Assembly: GCA_040386535.1 (NCBI GenBank)
Contig: JAZKFH010000027.1
Coordinates: 1 to 44,303 of the forward strand
DNA: 44,303 nt
Reading direction: 5' to 3'
Origin: Myxococcota bacterium
Lineage (GTDB): Bacteria; Myxococcota_A; UBA796; SXON01
In this document: positions 44,232 to 44,303 of the stretch, piece by piece
Numbering within the stretch: position 1 is the first letter of the stretch
Layout of the letters: the number at the start of each line of letters is the position of its first letter
The notes under the pieces: model-generated
Databases searched by the model: none
Seen by the model: the letters and a program-made list of their open reading frames with translations, nothing else
Told to the model about the DNA's origin: nothing
Position numbers and translations under genes: made by a program

Positions 44232-44303
44232 TCCGCGGGGGGCCCCCCCGGACCACCATCGAAGGCCGCGCCGAAGCACTGGCGCAAGCTCAGGCGCTGG
44301 TCG

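Noticed and set aside
44232..44254. Hairpin after tig as an intrinsic terminator
   Set aside because: A G/C stem is present but there is no U-tract, and tig is commonly co-transcribed with clpP, which would lie beyond the window. Insufficient support.

Overview
High-GC bacterial chromosome segment. A Myxococcota-like origin is inferred from the MopE-type repeat lipoproteins, an RpoH-type sigma factor and a Pro-rich membrane kinase-fold protein. About 30 CDS and 3 tRNAs are supportable. Left to right: (1) a doubly frameshifted MopE/FG-GAP lipoprotein remnant; (2) a translationally coupled operon of two GT-C glycosyltransferases and a lipoprotein, all sharing a Cys-paired beta-sandwich domain; (3) a 47-bp perfect palindrome, then a less GC-rich block of about 12 kb (OM barrel, PsiE, baeRF release-factor homolog, M17 aminopeptidase, AbgT, GDPD, glutaminase, DUF4239-like, HdeD, DUF1269, EF-hand lipoprotein); (4) a MopE-repeat lipoprotein, a membrane-fused spermidine-synthase-like protein, an HExxH lipoprotein and a TetR-ABC operon with a visible promoter and operator; (5) an IMPase-rpoH-heparinase II/III operon; (6) a three-gene operon of apparently catalytically dead conflict-type proteins (membrane pseudokinase, pseudo-CHAT lipoprotein, Sec-exported degenerate RHS with no evident toxin or immunity gene), which is the most unusual locus here; (7) tRNA-His, tRNA-Lys, tRNA-Leu and tig. 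No CRISPR array, transposase or integrase was seen. All family calls come from reading motifs by eye, not from database searches.
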